A stretch of DNA of 49,330 nt, counting the filler, from Bipalium vagum (Eukaryota), in assembly GCA_037834085.1 (NCBI GenBank). It is 2 parts of 2 records of this genome, joined end to end, with 100 filler letters (N's around TTAATTAATTAA, not from the genome) between each part and the next. Parts side by side here need not be neighbours in the genome. Positions count along the whole stretch, not along the records: positions 1 to 19,905 come from JBBMKC010264816.1; positions 20,006 to 49,330 come from JBBMKC010032143.1. One strand, 5' to 3'. Each line of letters starts with the position of its first letter. The first letter of the stretch is position 1. Under the pieces are notes generated by a model that was not told where the DNA came from, did no database searches, and worked only from the letters and a program-made list of their open reading frames with translations. The translations under genes and the position numbers were made by a program. This document shows positions 11,888 to 23,965 of this stretch, piece after piece.

Positions 11888-12802
11888 TCTTGTGTGACTG
11901 TTATAAGTATAATAACAAAAGTAATTGTATTTTAAATGAATTCAAATGCAAAATTTAGTTAAAGAAAATTTGAATTATTGTAATTTCTTTATATAATTCC
12001 AGCATAAGTTTAGGTATTTGTATTATTTAAATTATATTTTTCGGAAGGATTTCTTAGTTTCTTGACGGTACTGAAATTGGGTGAAATGAAAACTTTGATC
12101 AAGGACGAAATTTCAAAAAATTGAAGCGTAAAAGAATTTAGGTTATTCAGATCGCAAAATGACACTAAAATTAAGTAGAACTGCAATAGCTATTGATGAA
12201 CCTCTGAAAATAAAAATTATGGTACAAAACATCGCAAAAAACATTTTTGATTATTGTAAGTACTCTAAATAAGCGGTCAACATCATTCATTATAGTGTCC
12301 CAATAGAGCTTGGTGAATGATAAATGTCGTGTCTAACTAATCTTATCCAGAAGTCATAGATTAAAATTGTGGAAGAAAGTCATGCTTCGTGAGTTGTTAA
12401 TATATCGAAAATTTTAAATTTCTAAATGCTGCTCAGGCAAAACTGAAATTAAAGAATTACAAGAATAAAGTCATATTTTGATGAATTTGTAATGTTGATC
12501 CATCAGTAACAAGGAAAACATTGACTTTGGATTAGGTTATTTCAAAATTTGTTAAAAATATTTCAATAATGGATGTAATTGAAGATGTTTAAAAGGATGA
12601 AAACAATAAAGACTAGATAGTTCACAAAATGGAACAAACCTTGTGTATGTATCCTTAAATAATTTGAAGAAATATTTAGTATGTACTGAGAACATTGAAC
12701 TTGAATTGCATCAGTGACTGAACAAAATTACAAAGATTTATGAATTTATTAAATGAAACCAAATTCATTCAAGACAAACTTGAAAATTATGGATTTGTTC
12801 TA

Positions 12803-14391
12803 TAATAATTTTCATACTATTTGATAATAGTAACAAACTAAATGGAATAGTAACAAACTAAATGAAAAAATAGGAAATGATCAAAGTTGATTATGTTAAA
12901 ATTTGTATTAATTTTTATTAAATAAATATAAAATTTTCAAAATCTCTTAAACAAAAACATTTCCACGAATTCACCAATAATTTTAATTATGTATAAAATT
13001 TTATTAGGTGAGTAAATTAGGTTATTATAAATTTAAGTTTGTTTTAAATTTTCTAAGTAAATAACATCCCTGGGTCTACTTTGTTTAATAAACATTTCAA
13101 CATACTTATTTAAATAGTATATAAATTTTTCGCCCATGGTACGAAGAACCAAGGAACAAAAGAATGAATGGGCAACTAAAAACCCTGATTTTATAGATCT
13201 CTTTACTGCGGATGGAAATTGGAGACAATTAACTAACCAGCTAAATGTTCCACGGCCAACTGCATACCGCTGGATTCAAAAAGGGGACAAGCCTGATATG
13301 CGGGAAGGATTTTATAATTCAAAGGTTACCCCTGAACACAGAGATGCGATGTGTAACCTAGTTGAACATAATCCCCGTATTACCCTGACTCAAATGGCAG
13401 ATAAACTGGTTACATTGTATTCGTTGGTTATTTCTAAGACTACTATATTGAGACACTTACATGTATTAACCTATACACTTAAACAGATACGCTTTGAGCC
13501 AGAAAGGGCAAATACCCAAGAGAATAAAGAAAAGCGCAAGATTTTTGCACAACAATTATTGGCTTTTCAAGGTCAAAATCGACCTATTCTCATGGATGAG
13601 AGTAATCTCAATATTCATGTTTCGCAATCAGAAAGTAGGTCAGTACGAGGCACTCGGTGTAGTGTAGCCGCAGCGGGATCTAAGGGGGCCAACGTACATA
13701 TGATTGTTTGTATTGGGTCTCTTGGGTTGATTCACTTTGAAATGTGTCGTGGGGCTTTCCATAAAGATGATGCATATAACTGGTTAAAAATATGCCTTAG
13801 AAAGGCATATTTGTTATATGGAAGATCAGTGGTTATTGTTTTGGATAATGCCCTATGTCATAGTCGTATTGAAGATGTGGTATTAGAAGAAGAATTTAAA
13901 GGCAATATTGTTCTCCGGTTGGCACCATACAGTCCAATGCTCAATCCGATTGAGCAAATTTGGTCTGTTATGAAATCTGAAGTGAAACGAAATTTGGCTG
14001 AAAATGCTTCGGCATTATTAAATGATGAACTAAGAGGTCAGCTTACTGTGAAAGAATATCGGCTTCAGTTTTTGGAAAGATATATTCGAAGTGCGGTAGA
14101 ATTGGTAATACCTGGATTGTGTTGCTCATGCATAGCTCATATTCAAGGTAAGTTGTCTGATGCACTAGCATTAGAGGATGTTGAATTTTAATAAATGATT
14201 GTTATCGAAAATTTATTATTTTTTTAATGAAATTTAATCAAAGATTTATCATCTTTAATTATAAAATTATCTATTTGTTTTAATTTCCTTTTTATTTTCA
14301 TTTATTATCAATTAGTTTGTTACTATTATCATTTAGTTTGATACTATTCCATTTAGTTTGTTACTATTATCAATTAGTATGGAAAATGGTA
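12803..14391 (+). mobile_element. Full-length IS630/Tc1-type DDE transposon with long sub-repeated TIRs
   Basis: TIRs of about 65 bp (12803-12866 versus 14328-14391) containing repeated AATAGTAACAAACTAAATG motifs; TA on both flanks; single uninterrupted transposase ORF inside. Confidence 0.92.
13136..14191 (+). CDS. IS630/Tc1-like transposase (DD35E spacing), 351 aa
   Basis: HTH (LNVPRPTAYRW), NPRITLTQM, catalytic LMDESN / VLDNALCH / LAPYSPMLNPIE with 35 residues between D2 and E; ORF uninterrupted. Confidence 0.92.
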   Translation: MVRRTKEQKNEWATKNPDFIDLFTADGNWRQLTNQLNVPRPTAYRWIQKGDKPDMREGFYNSKVTPEHRDAMCNLVEHNPRITLTQMADKLVTLYSLVISKTTILRHLHVLTYTLKQIRFEPERANTQENKEKRKIFAQQLLAFQGQNRPILMDESNLNIHVSQSESRSVRGTRCSVAAAGSKGANVHMIVCIGSLGLIHFEMCRGAFHKDDAYNWLKICLRKAYLLYGRSVVIVLDNALCHSRIEDVVLEEEFKGNIVLRLAPYSPMLNPIEQIWSVMKSEVKRNLAENASALLNDELRGQLTVKEYRLQFLERYIRSAVELVIPGLCCSCIAHIQGKLSDALALEDVEF

Positions 14392-14469
14392 TAGAATAAA
14401 ATTTAGATTGATTATGATGTATCAAGTTAAAATATATATTTGAGTCCACTGTAAATAATTATATTTTAC

Positions 14470-15583
14470 ACTGGTCTGGCAAAAATATCGCACTCGTGAC
14501 ATTTTATTTTTATCTTATAAATCACATGAAGTTATGTAAAATTTCAAAATTATATTAAATTTTATCGATTTTAAATTTATGTTTTTTAATTAAAAAATCA
14601 CAAAATTAAAAAATTTTCAATGAACAAACGTCATACAAAGTAATATAAATATAATATAATTTTGTAATATTGATATTTTAGAACAAAATACAAAGGAGGA
14701 CATAAAATTGACCCGAACAACTTCTGTTACATAATTGCACAATTTACATTTCCTTCAAAGCGAATATTCAATGATACATTGAAAGAAACGAAGATAAAAA
14801 AAGCAATTCAACAATTCAGAAGCCATTTATAAACTAAAATCAAAGTATGAAGAGTTGTCTGAGCCAAGGCTTATTCCAATTGGGATCCAGATAAATGGGG
14901 GGCTGTTGTAATTACAAACGACTACATATTTCAATCACATTCATCCTCAAGTAAAGTATTGATTAGAAGAACCTCAGGTGAAAGGTATAATCCTACATTT
15001 TTTCAAACAGTTATGTAACATGACATATATTAATATATGACATATATAATATATTGGGTTGCTTCAACAGTAATGTAGTTGGCATTTTATAAAGAATCAA
15101 TGGTAATATGAATGCCGAGAAATATCAAAAAGATTCTTCATGACAAACATATTGGTTAGTGCTCAGTATTTAAAAAAACTGTATTCATCTTTCAGCATGA
15201 TTTGACTCCACAACATAAAGCCAAAACCACCCAAGCTTTCTTAAAAATAAAATTAATGAAATCTTATCCTGACCAGGTAATTCTCCCGACATGAATCCCA
15301 TCGAAAATGCCTGGGGTATCCTAAAAACCAAAGTTTCAGTAAAGGCAAACAACTCTGCTGAAAGATTATGGAAGACAATTCAAGATAAATGCTACAACCT
15401 TTCTCCAAATCTATGCATGAAGATTGTATCCTTCATGCCAAAAAAATTGCAATTGGTTAAAACATCAAAATGATATTAAAAATATTAAACTTACTTATTT
15501 AAAAAATTTCGAGTTTGAACTTATTCATTACCATTAAAAGTTACATTTCTTATAGAAAGTGAACAGAATTTTTACGAGAACTG
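14470..15583 (+). mobile_element. Decayed Tc1 element
   Basis: TA-CACTG / CTG-TA termini; FIFQHDLTPQHKAKTT and PGNSPDMNPIENAW motifs; many stops. Confidence 0.85.
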
Positions 15584-15699
15584 TAAATATAAAAAAGAAT
15601 TTCGAGGAGAAAAATATTGTCTTATCAGACATGTGCTATATATTAATGAAACTCATAAATGGTGTTTTTATCAGATGCAAGATTAATAGAATTTACTAG

Positions 15700-16757
15700 G
15701 TTTATATATAATTATTACTAATTACAATATTATTATTATTGTTTTAGTTACCTTTTAAATCTATAAATCATTATTTTCATGAATGTAATATTTAGAAAAA
15801 ATGGAGAAATGGCAGATAATAAATGTAAAATATGGTCATAACACAAGGACATCAACTACAAATGTCAATGAAATATATCCAGATTTCTTAGGTGTTTTTA
15901 AGTGTCAATCATGGTTTAACAGATTTCGAAGAGCAAATTTTAATCTTCAAAATTCCTCTAGAAGTGGTCGTTCGGTTCAATTTAAAGGAGGTGAATTGTG
16001 AAGAAAATTCTACTCAAAAATGAGGAAATTTCACGAAGAACAAATAAATCTGGAGCAGTTTAACGATACTTGAAATCCATTGAGAAATTTAAGGATTCCC
16101 ATCAATAGGTACTTTATAATCTCAGTGATTCGAAAAAAACTCTACGGTCTAAATGGTTCCTCTTATGTAGATTGTCTTTCAAAGACGGACGAGAAATGGA
16201 TTATGCATTACAACATAATTATGAGAATACAATGGGTTTCTACTGTAGAAACATTCAGAAAAGTTTTTAATCCAAATAACAAAGGATAAAAAAATCTCTT
16301 GTGTTTGGGGATACATTCATAATGTTGTTTACTTGGAAATATTTAAAACTTGGGAAAAATTACTTCACAATATTATTGTGATCAGATTGATAGTTTGAAA
16401 ATAGGCATTCTCATTAGAAAAAAAAAGGTATCTTCCATCATGACAATACCAGACCTCATGTTGCAAGGAATAACTAGAGAAAAAATTAAGACATTTGGAT
16501 GGGAGATTTTTACTCATCCCACATATTCACATGATATTAATCTGTTACCACCTAACAAAAATTTTTAAATGAAATAATTGAGGTTGTGAAAAATATAAAA
16601 CTACAGAAATCCAATCTTTTTAAAGCTGAAATCGAAAAATTGATAAGCAGATAGAGGAAGGTGATTAGAAATTGATGGTGAATATTTTGTTCATTAAATG
16701 ATAGTGTTTTTAAAAATATAATATTGATAAAAATGACATTACTTATTGCTACCCATA
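15700..16757 (+). mobile_element. Decayed mariner
   Basis: CQSWFNRFRRANFNLQNSSRSGRS, TDEKWIMHYN, FHHDNTRPHVA, WEIFTHPTYSHDI; right TIR-like ACTTATTGCTACCCATAATA. Confidence 0.85.
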
Positions 16758-16959
16758 ATATTATTTTTATTTATAATTATTATGTTTTATACTCTTTCAA
16801 TATTAGATTATTGATATTTTATTTCTATCGATTTTATTAAGTTTCCGTGTTAAATTTTTTCTGGGTTATGAAATGTATTGACTTTATATCTCCGAGTGTA
16901 AAATCGTCTAAGTATTTTTCTTTCCATATAAAAAATATTTTCATATAAATTTCCATATA

Positions 16960-17190
16960 CAGGACCATTCAATATAAAGGCCTTTGAAAAAACTAACCAA
17001 ATAGAACGAAAAGTAAAGCAATTTAAAGAAACTGGAAGTGTTGAAGATAAGTCAAAATTTTACTGAAGAAAAAACAGACATTTTTAAGTATGAACATGAT
17101 AAATAGACACCTAACTTCCACTGATAAACACGCAGTAAAGGATATTTTTTTGTAGCTTTTATTGCTCGTACAATGAAAAGAATATTAACA
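16960..17190 (+). mobile_element. Short Tc1/maT-like 5' fragment
   Basis: TA-CAGGACCATTCAA terminus and KVKQFKETGSVEDK motif. Confidence 0.5.
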
Positions 17191-17505
17191 AAATATGGTT
17201 TATAACTGTGTTCAATAAAATACTATTTTAAAAACTTAATACATATGATTATATTCACAAAATTATGACAAAATTATTTCACATATTTAACTTATAATAA
17301 AATTGTATTTGAACATTCGAAATAAATAATAGATCCACAAAATTACCTTTTTAACTAGTTAACACAAAATCTGACTTGTTCAATGAAATAGTAATAATTT
17401 AAATTAATTAATACTTATATAAATTAAAATACAGTACCACGTATTAAGTAAATGATACATGTATAATTTATTATAAAAGACTACTTTAATTTATTTATTT
17501 TAATA

Positions 17506-18621
17506 TTAGGTGTACAAATAAATAATCCAAAATTTTAATTATTTCATATAACTAATACATTTGTTTTAATATTTCAATCTGCGATTATTTAAATCCATTA
17601 TTAATATGGAATCACGTTTTCAAGAAGACCAATCAAAAATTGTAAAAAATTCAGTCCAACAGTGTCTAACATTAAAACACACAAGGTACTTACAATATAT
17701 TATGATTTTTTTATATTTGGGATTGAACCGAAATTCTTTCGGTTTTTGATAACACATACTTAGTAACTTTACGAATTTATGAATGCAATAAATCTCAAAG
17801 GCACATTATTTTTAATAATATGGAGTAATTCTAAAATTATTTAAATTCATTACTTCATTTAGCTTGCTTAAATTTGTTTGAAAACATTTTCAGATGAATA
17901 ATAAAAATAAACATTTGCGTCATTTTATTTTAATAAAGCAAAAATGGAGCACATGTTCATGAAAAAATATGCGAAGTATATGGCACCGATGCGATAACGC
18001 TAATATCATAACCCAAAACAAAAAAGTCATGCGTATCCTGGAGAACCATCAGCATCGGTCGCAAAGTCAAATTGTTTCGGAAAAAATTAATGCTCTTCAT
18101 CTGGTGGGATATTAAGGGCGTGATATACTATGAGCTGTTGGAAGTAGATGAAACAATTACTGCGGATCGTTACAAAGACCAATTAATCCGGTTGAGTAAA
18201 CATTTAGAGTTAAAACGCCCGTTTAAAGGGAAAGGAAAAAGAGCTATGATATTGTTTCATGACAACACTTGGTCATATATAGCTTCAAAGACAAAGGACC
18301 AAAGAAGCTTGGCTAAGAAACCTTTGGGTATCCGGCGTATTCACCAGGCATTGCACCAACTGATTATCATTTGTTTAGGTCAATGCAGCATACCTTGTCT
18401 GATACATACTTTCAATCAGTGGATGCCATAAGAATATGGCTTGAGGAATTTTTGACTTCCAAACAGCCAGAATTTTTCAAAATTGAATTCATCAACTGCA
18501 TGCAAGATGGTTTAACGTTATCCATAACAATGGCGATTAATTGATAAATTTGTATCACTTTTAATAAAATGAATTTTTTGAAGGTTATTAAAAAACATTG
18601 GATTACTTTTTGTAAACCTAA
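17506..18621 (+). mobile_element. Mariner relic(s) bounded by inverted TTAGGT.TACAAA.. termini
   Basis: TA-TTAGGTGTACAAATAAATAATCC versus reverse complement TA-TTAGGTTTACAAAAAGTAATCC. Plus-strand transposase pieces: KKLMLFIWWDIKGVIYYELL, LFHDNT, YPAYSPGIAPTDYHLF; internally deleted. Confidence 0.85.
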
Positions 18622-18654
18622 TAATTATTTCAATTTTACTTTTGTTAAAAAATA

Positions 18655-19535
18655 AAAATGGGTCGTGGAAAACATTGCATAGAATAGAAGAGTATCTTGA
18701 TAAAAAGATTATATGAAGAAAAAGAAAACTTATTCTCCAATTCAGAATATAGTAAAATCTTTTCCTACTATGGTTGTCTAAAGTCGAAAATGTGTTACAA
18801 GTGTGGATGATCGAAATATCATTCTCTTGACGAAACAAATGCCAAATATTAGTTCTAGAAAAAAAAGGATTTAAATTTGGATGCTAGTACATTAAAAATT
18901 AAAAGAAGATTGATACAATTCAATTTGAAAGCTAGAAGTCCCAGAAAGTGCCATTGTTACAAAGAAGATATATTCTTAAAAGATTGGAATTCGCATAAAC
19001 CCAATTAGTTGGTCTTTAACCGAATGGTGTCATATTCTATGGTCTGATAAGAGTATAATAGTTTTGTTAGGTTCCTCTGCTTCTGGGACATATGTTAGAA
19101 GACCTGCATGAAAAGATTAAAAGTCAAGATATACGCTGAAGACTGTTAAACATGAAGGTGCCAAAATAAATATATCGGGATGATTCTTTTATCATGGTGT
19201 TGGGCAAATGGTGTGGCCAGCACTCAAGAACTTGATCTCAATCTTATTGAGAATTTGTAGAAGGATATTAAGAAAGAGGTTTTTGAACACAAACCAACTA
19301 AAATCAAAGAATTGTGGAATGCTGTTCAAAAAGCTTATTACTCTATTTCACCAAAAACATGGTCAAATTTAGTTGAGTCCATGCAACATTGTTGCACAGA
19401 AGTTATTAAGAATTGTAGATTTTCTACTAAATATTAATATTATATTGAGTTATATTTGTATTGGTGTTCTTTGGAGTTATTAATAAAAAAAATTATCAAA
19501 TGGTTTCACTACTATTTTATTGAACAGGCTAAATA
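18655..19535 (+). mobile_element. Internally deleted Tc1 element
   Basis: MGRGKHC start, TVKHEG, WPA..DLNLIENL, ELWNAVQKAYYSI, VIKNCRFSTKY* end. Confidence 0.85.
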
Positions 19536-19905
19536 AATGAATATAATTTGTTTTGAAGTTTAAATATTACATAATAATAATAATACATTATTTTATTAAG
19601 TTGATTTGCATTTTGTTTCCTTAATATTTTACAAGTTCGTAACAAAAAATCCGAATATTATGATTATTATATTATATAATATTTTAATGTACACCTGATT
19701 AATTTCGATTATAAAAAAGTTATATTAACACTATTGCACATAGATGTACGGTACCTAGGTTATTTATCAATTGAAAGAAATAGTATGAATACACACTTCT
19801 TAGTGGTAATTTCTTCATTGGTTTCATTATTTATTACTATCTTACATGAAAAATTATTCTTGATTAAATGGCACTATTTTTTCTAAAATATAGAGTTATT
19901 CTATA

Positions 19906-20005
19906 NNNNNNNNNNNNNNNNNNNNNNNNNNNNNNNNNNNNNNNNNNNNTTAATTAATTAANNNNNNNNNNNNNNNNNNNNNNNNNNNNNNNNNNNNNNN
20001 NNNNN
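19906..20005. other. Assembly gap with artificial TTAATTAATTAA linker
   Basis: 44 N + TTAATTAATTAA (19950-19961) + 44 N = exactly 100 nt. Confidence 0.9.
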
Positions 20006-21480
20006 AAGAAACAACAGTAATGTTTTTATGGCAGATAAATGGGATGTTGGATGCACGGCCTTGCTGAAACATAAGATCGTGATGAAAGGAACTCCCACCA
20101 ACGTGAGACCATTCTTCATAAAAATAAAATCATAAGAAGGTGCAATTCTCCCTGGAACACACCACTCATTTGTGTGTGGAAAAAACGAAGAAAGATATTC
20201 GGCTCTGTTTAGATTTCAGAAAGCTGAATGCCATCACGGAAAGTCAGGATATTTTGATGCCCAATATAGAAGAAATGCTGGATAAATTTGGGGGAGCACG
20301 GTTTTTTAGTTCCATTGATTTATGGAATGGATACTATCAGGTTGAATTGGAAGAAGAATCAAAGGAGAAGACAGCGTTCTCTACAAAATCAGGCCAATAC
20401 TGTTTTAATAGAATGTCTTTCGGGATTGCAGCAGCACCGGGAAAGTTTCAAGAACTGATGACCAAGGTGCTCAACGGAATGGAAGGTACTTGCATATATC
20501 TGGATGATATACTGGTGTTCACTGACAACATTGAGAATCATTATAAAATTTTGAATCGAGTAATTGAAAGCATTGGGGAACGGGACTTCGTATAAATCCA
20601 GAAAAGTGCCACCTTATGAGAAGTCAAATTAAATTTTTGGGCCACATTATCAGCAATGACGGAGTTAAAACGGACCCTATGAAGATCGAAGAAATTAAAT
20701 CATTCGAAAGGCCAAAATGTGTAAAAAGCCTTCGCAGTTTTTTAGGAATCTGCAACTACTACAGAAGATTCATAGAAGGATATTCGCTGAAAGCAAGGGC
20801 ATTAGAAACAATATGTGGAACAACTGGGAAGTTAATCTGGTCAGATAATTGTGAAAAGGCATTTGTAGAGATGAAAGAAGCACTTACAAGATCAACAATA
20901 TTGTGTTTTCCTGATTTCATCAATAATTCATTTTGGTCACAGATGCCAGTTTTGACATTATTGGAGCCGTGTTAGTACAAAAAGACGGAAACGGAAGGGA
21001 AAGAGTAATAGCATATAGCTTCCATGCTATGAATTCTCACGAAAAGGGATATTACATCACAAGGAAAGAACTACTTGCAATTTATTACTTCTGCAATCAC
21101 TTTAATCACTATTTATATGGAAAAAGATTTACTCTTAGAACAGATCCCAAAGCTATAACATTTATGCTATCAACAAAGAAACCAATTACAGCACAGTACC
21201 ACACATGGATAAACTACTTGAGTAGTTTAGATATAAATTTAGAATATTGAAAAAGCTCAGAACATTCTAATACTGACATGTTATCAAGAAGATTCTGTGA
21301 TAACTGTACACAGTGCCTTATGTCACACGTTGATTCTAAATCTGGAAAGATGAAAACAAGAATTTTAAATATGCTGAGCGAAGATAGAGGAAAACTGTGT
21401 CAAAGGGATAATCTGGAAATTCGTAAAATCAAAGAAAACATTGTTAAGGATAAGAAAGGTGGGCTCAGGCTTTTGGCGGG
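20006..21480 (+). mobile_element. Ty3/Gypsy LTR retrotransposon pol fragment (RT + RNase H), frameshifted
   Basis: RLCLDFRKLN, SIDLWNGYYQV, KTAF, RMSFG, YLDD, FLGH, LRSFLGICNYYRRFI, TDAS..IGAVL, KELLAI, NTDMLSR; three frames, truncated before the integrase. Confidence 0.95.
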
Positions 21481-21489
21481 GACTGTAGG

Positions 21490-22450
21490 ATAAGTTCTAT
21501 TATTTTTACCTTTTTCAAATTGTATAGGATTTAAAAGATAGTATGAACTATTAACTTGAACTCTTAAACGTTTTATTTTATTTTGAATAAACAATTGTGT
21601 TTATTAAAATTAAATTCAGATTAAATTCTAAAAGCAATAAATATATAAATTGGTTTATTTGGTACATTATATAATTGTAATGTTTGTGTAGTATCTTCTG
21701 TTAAATTTCTTTTTTCTCAATTTCTAGATAAAATTTAAATTTATAGATTTTCCATGATTCATTTTTATCAAAAGATTTAATTCACTAGATAGATTTAATT
21801 GTAATTCTGGAGTAAATAGTTTTAATCAATTAATTTTATTTTAGCATCTGACTTTGTTGTACCAGACTTTGCCGCACTTCGATTTGTTCCATAAAAAATT
21901 TCTTTATCAATATCAATTTTTCTTGTAAATTTTAATTCTCCTTACATGTTATAATATTAATTTTAATAAAAATTCACTAATGAACTTGTTAGAATATAAC
22001 TTTTTCTAGTTCTAAATCATTTATTATCTTTAGCTGAATCATTTTTAATTTTATCTGGTATCTTACCAAATATTTCTCCATTATTTTTATCGGTCATTGC
22101 AAAATATGTCATAGAATGTGATGAACCAACATTTTCAATTGTTTCTATTTCAGTTGAACTTAATTTTCAAGTAGTATTCGAAAATAAATTTGAAAAGAAG
22201 TTATTTTGTAAGGTTATATTTTCATCAGCTTTTATATCTTGAATTTCAATTTCAAAAACTAAAATTGATTCTGATAAATCTAAAGCATTTGCTGATTGTA
22301 ATAAAGAAAAAGTTAGATTTCCATTAGTATTTAAATTTATTTCAGTTATTGGATTTAAAGAAATTTCTAAATAGTCACATTTTTAAATGTTTAGTCTTGA
22401 TTATAGAAATTATTATCTAGATTTTATTTAAATATATTTAATAGAAAAAT
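21490..22450 (-). pseudogene. Polinton major capsid protein (double jelly-roll) remnant
   Basis: DYLEISLNPITEINLNTNGK..LDLSESILVFEIEI..ITLQNNFFSNLFS..EIETIENVG, later PNKPIYIFIAF and IKRLRVQVNSSYY.LNPIQF; pattern typical of Polinton MCP; frameshifted, 3' part lost. Confidence 0.7.
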
Positions 22451-22489
22451 TTTTTTAAAAATTAAAATGCAGAGTGTTTTACGCTTTAT

Positions 22490-23146
22490 TCTTCTAAATT
22501 AATAAAAAACTAATTGTACTTTTCTTTCATATGTAAATTGTATAAATAATCAAGTTCATCTTTTTCCATAAAACGTACTAACATTTTAGAATATATTTGA
22601 TCTCTATCTGCTTTTGAAATTTTAAATAAAAATTAAAACATTTGTATTATTTCTTATACTTCTTAAAGGTAAATCAAAAAATGATTTAGATAAATATTTT
22701 ACTAAATCAAATTTTTCATATTTTTGTCTAATTTATCTGGAGCTTTAATTTCATTTGCTTTGTCAGATAAAGTTACATTTATGAGACAATGTCTCCAAGA
22801 GGTTTTATATTCAAAAGACTCACTTTGCAGATCTTCAGTCCCTTTCTCATCAAATTAATATTTATTTTCATATTTAAACAATTTTCAAACTTCTTCTTTT
22901 GATAAACCATAAATCAAAACAATCTTTTATATATTTAATTGCTGGTTGAAGAAAAACAGTTTTAGAAAAATTAATTAAATTGTTATAATCAATGTAATCT
23001 TGTTTTAATGACATATTAAATAATAACATTGTTTTTCCACATTCAGAAGGACCAATAATTAACATTCTAAAAATTTTTAGGAAATTAAAATGATTTTTAA
23101 ATCTTACAGAATTATTATTTAAAAAATCAGCACAATAAAACTCCAT
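22490..23146 (-). pseudogene. Polinton packaging ATPase (A32/FtsK-like) remnant
   Basis: FRMLIIGPSECGKT Walker A; C-terminal YLSKSFFDLPLRSIRNNTN. The Walker B/arginine-finger segment appears deleted. Confidence 0.85.
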
Positions 23147-23185
23147 TTTTTATAAATTTTTTTATAAATGTGCCTTTGTCTTAGA

Positions 23186-23430
23186 TCAAACTTGTTTAAG
23201 TTGAACAGTAAAATTTATTTCTTCTCCATTAGAAATTATTAATTCTTTGTTATTATCAAATATCTTAAATTTTATTTCAGAAATATTTCTTGTAATTAAA
23301 GGATGATAAATTGGGAGTTTGGTATTTCAATTATTCTATATCCTCTTGGAACAGAGTTCGAAGGACAATCAAAAATAATATTTGTTCTATAACCATTATA
23401 CAATCTTTTTTAAACAATATTACAATCAAA
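23186..23430 (-). pseudogene. Polinton minor capsid (penton) C-terminal remnant
   Basis: CNIV..LYNGYRTNIIFDCPSNSVPRGYRIIEIP...YHPLITRNISEIKFKIFDNNKELIISNGEEINFTVQLKQV*. Confidence 0.75.
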
Positions 23431-23659
23431 CAATATTACACCTTTTGTAAGGGTCCAACGAAGTTGTCACGAAGTATAAACCATTTCCTTGTTTTACAAT
23501 GTTAATTTTAATTTTACAAAGTTTTTGTAATAATTCTTTTAGTTCTTTTTTATCAGATTTATCTGAATTATCATATTCTAAACTATTTAAAATTGAATCT
23601 TTTTGTCCTTTTCCAAAATAAGGATCGAAGTATAAACCACCATTTTTATCTATAATTCC

Positions 23660-23965
23660 AGGATTTGTAAAATAGATTTCATTTATAATAAATATTTTCT
23701 CTGTCCATTTTGCTGTATACCCTTTTTCAAATTGATTTTTATATTTAAAAAATTCCAACATGATCTCCAATAAGATACTTAGGTTTGAGTTTTGAACTTA
23801 GATCTGAAATATTTTCATCAGTTTTTATTTTTAATTTTTCTAGATTTTTACACGCTTTATTATGAGAAATACCAATTGAACCATGAATTTTATTGGTATA
23901 AATATTTATTAAATTTGGTAATAAGTTTAACCATTTTCTGTTTCCTTGCTCAGTAAATATTTAAC
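23660..23965 (-). pseudogene. Polinton retroviral-like integrase C-terminal remnant
   Basis: FTEQGNRKWLNLLPNLINIYTNKIHGSIG...PKYLIGDHV..FKYKNQFEKGYTAKWTEKIFIINEIYFTNP. Confidence 0.88.

Noticed and set aside
12030-12800. Possible piggyBac-like debris (IAIDE motif) flanking the DD35E element
   Set aside because: Only one short motif; no TTAA/TIR or other catalytic blocks could be confirmed.
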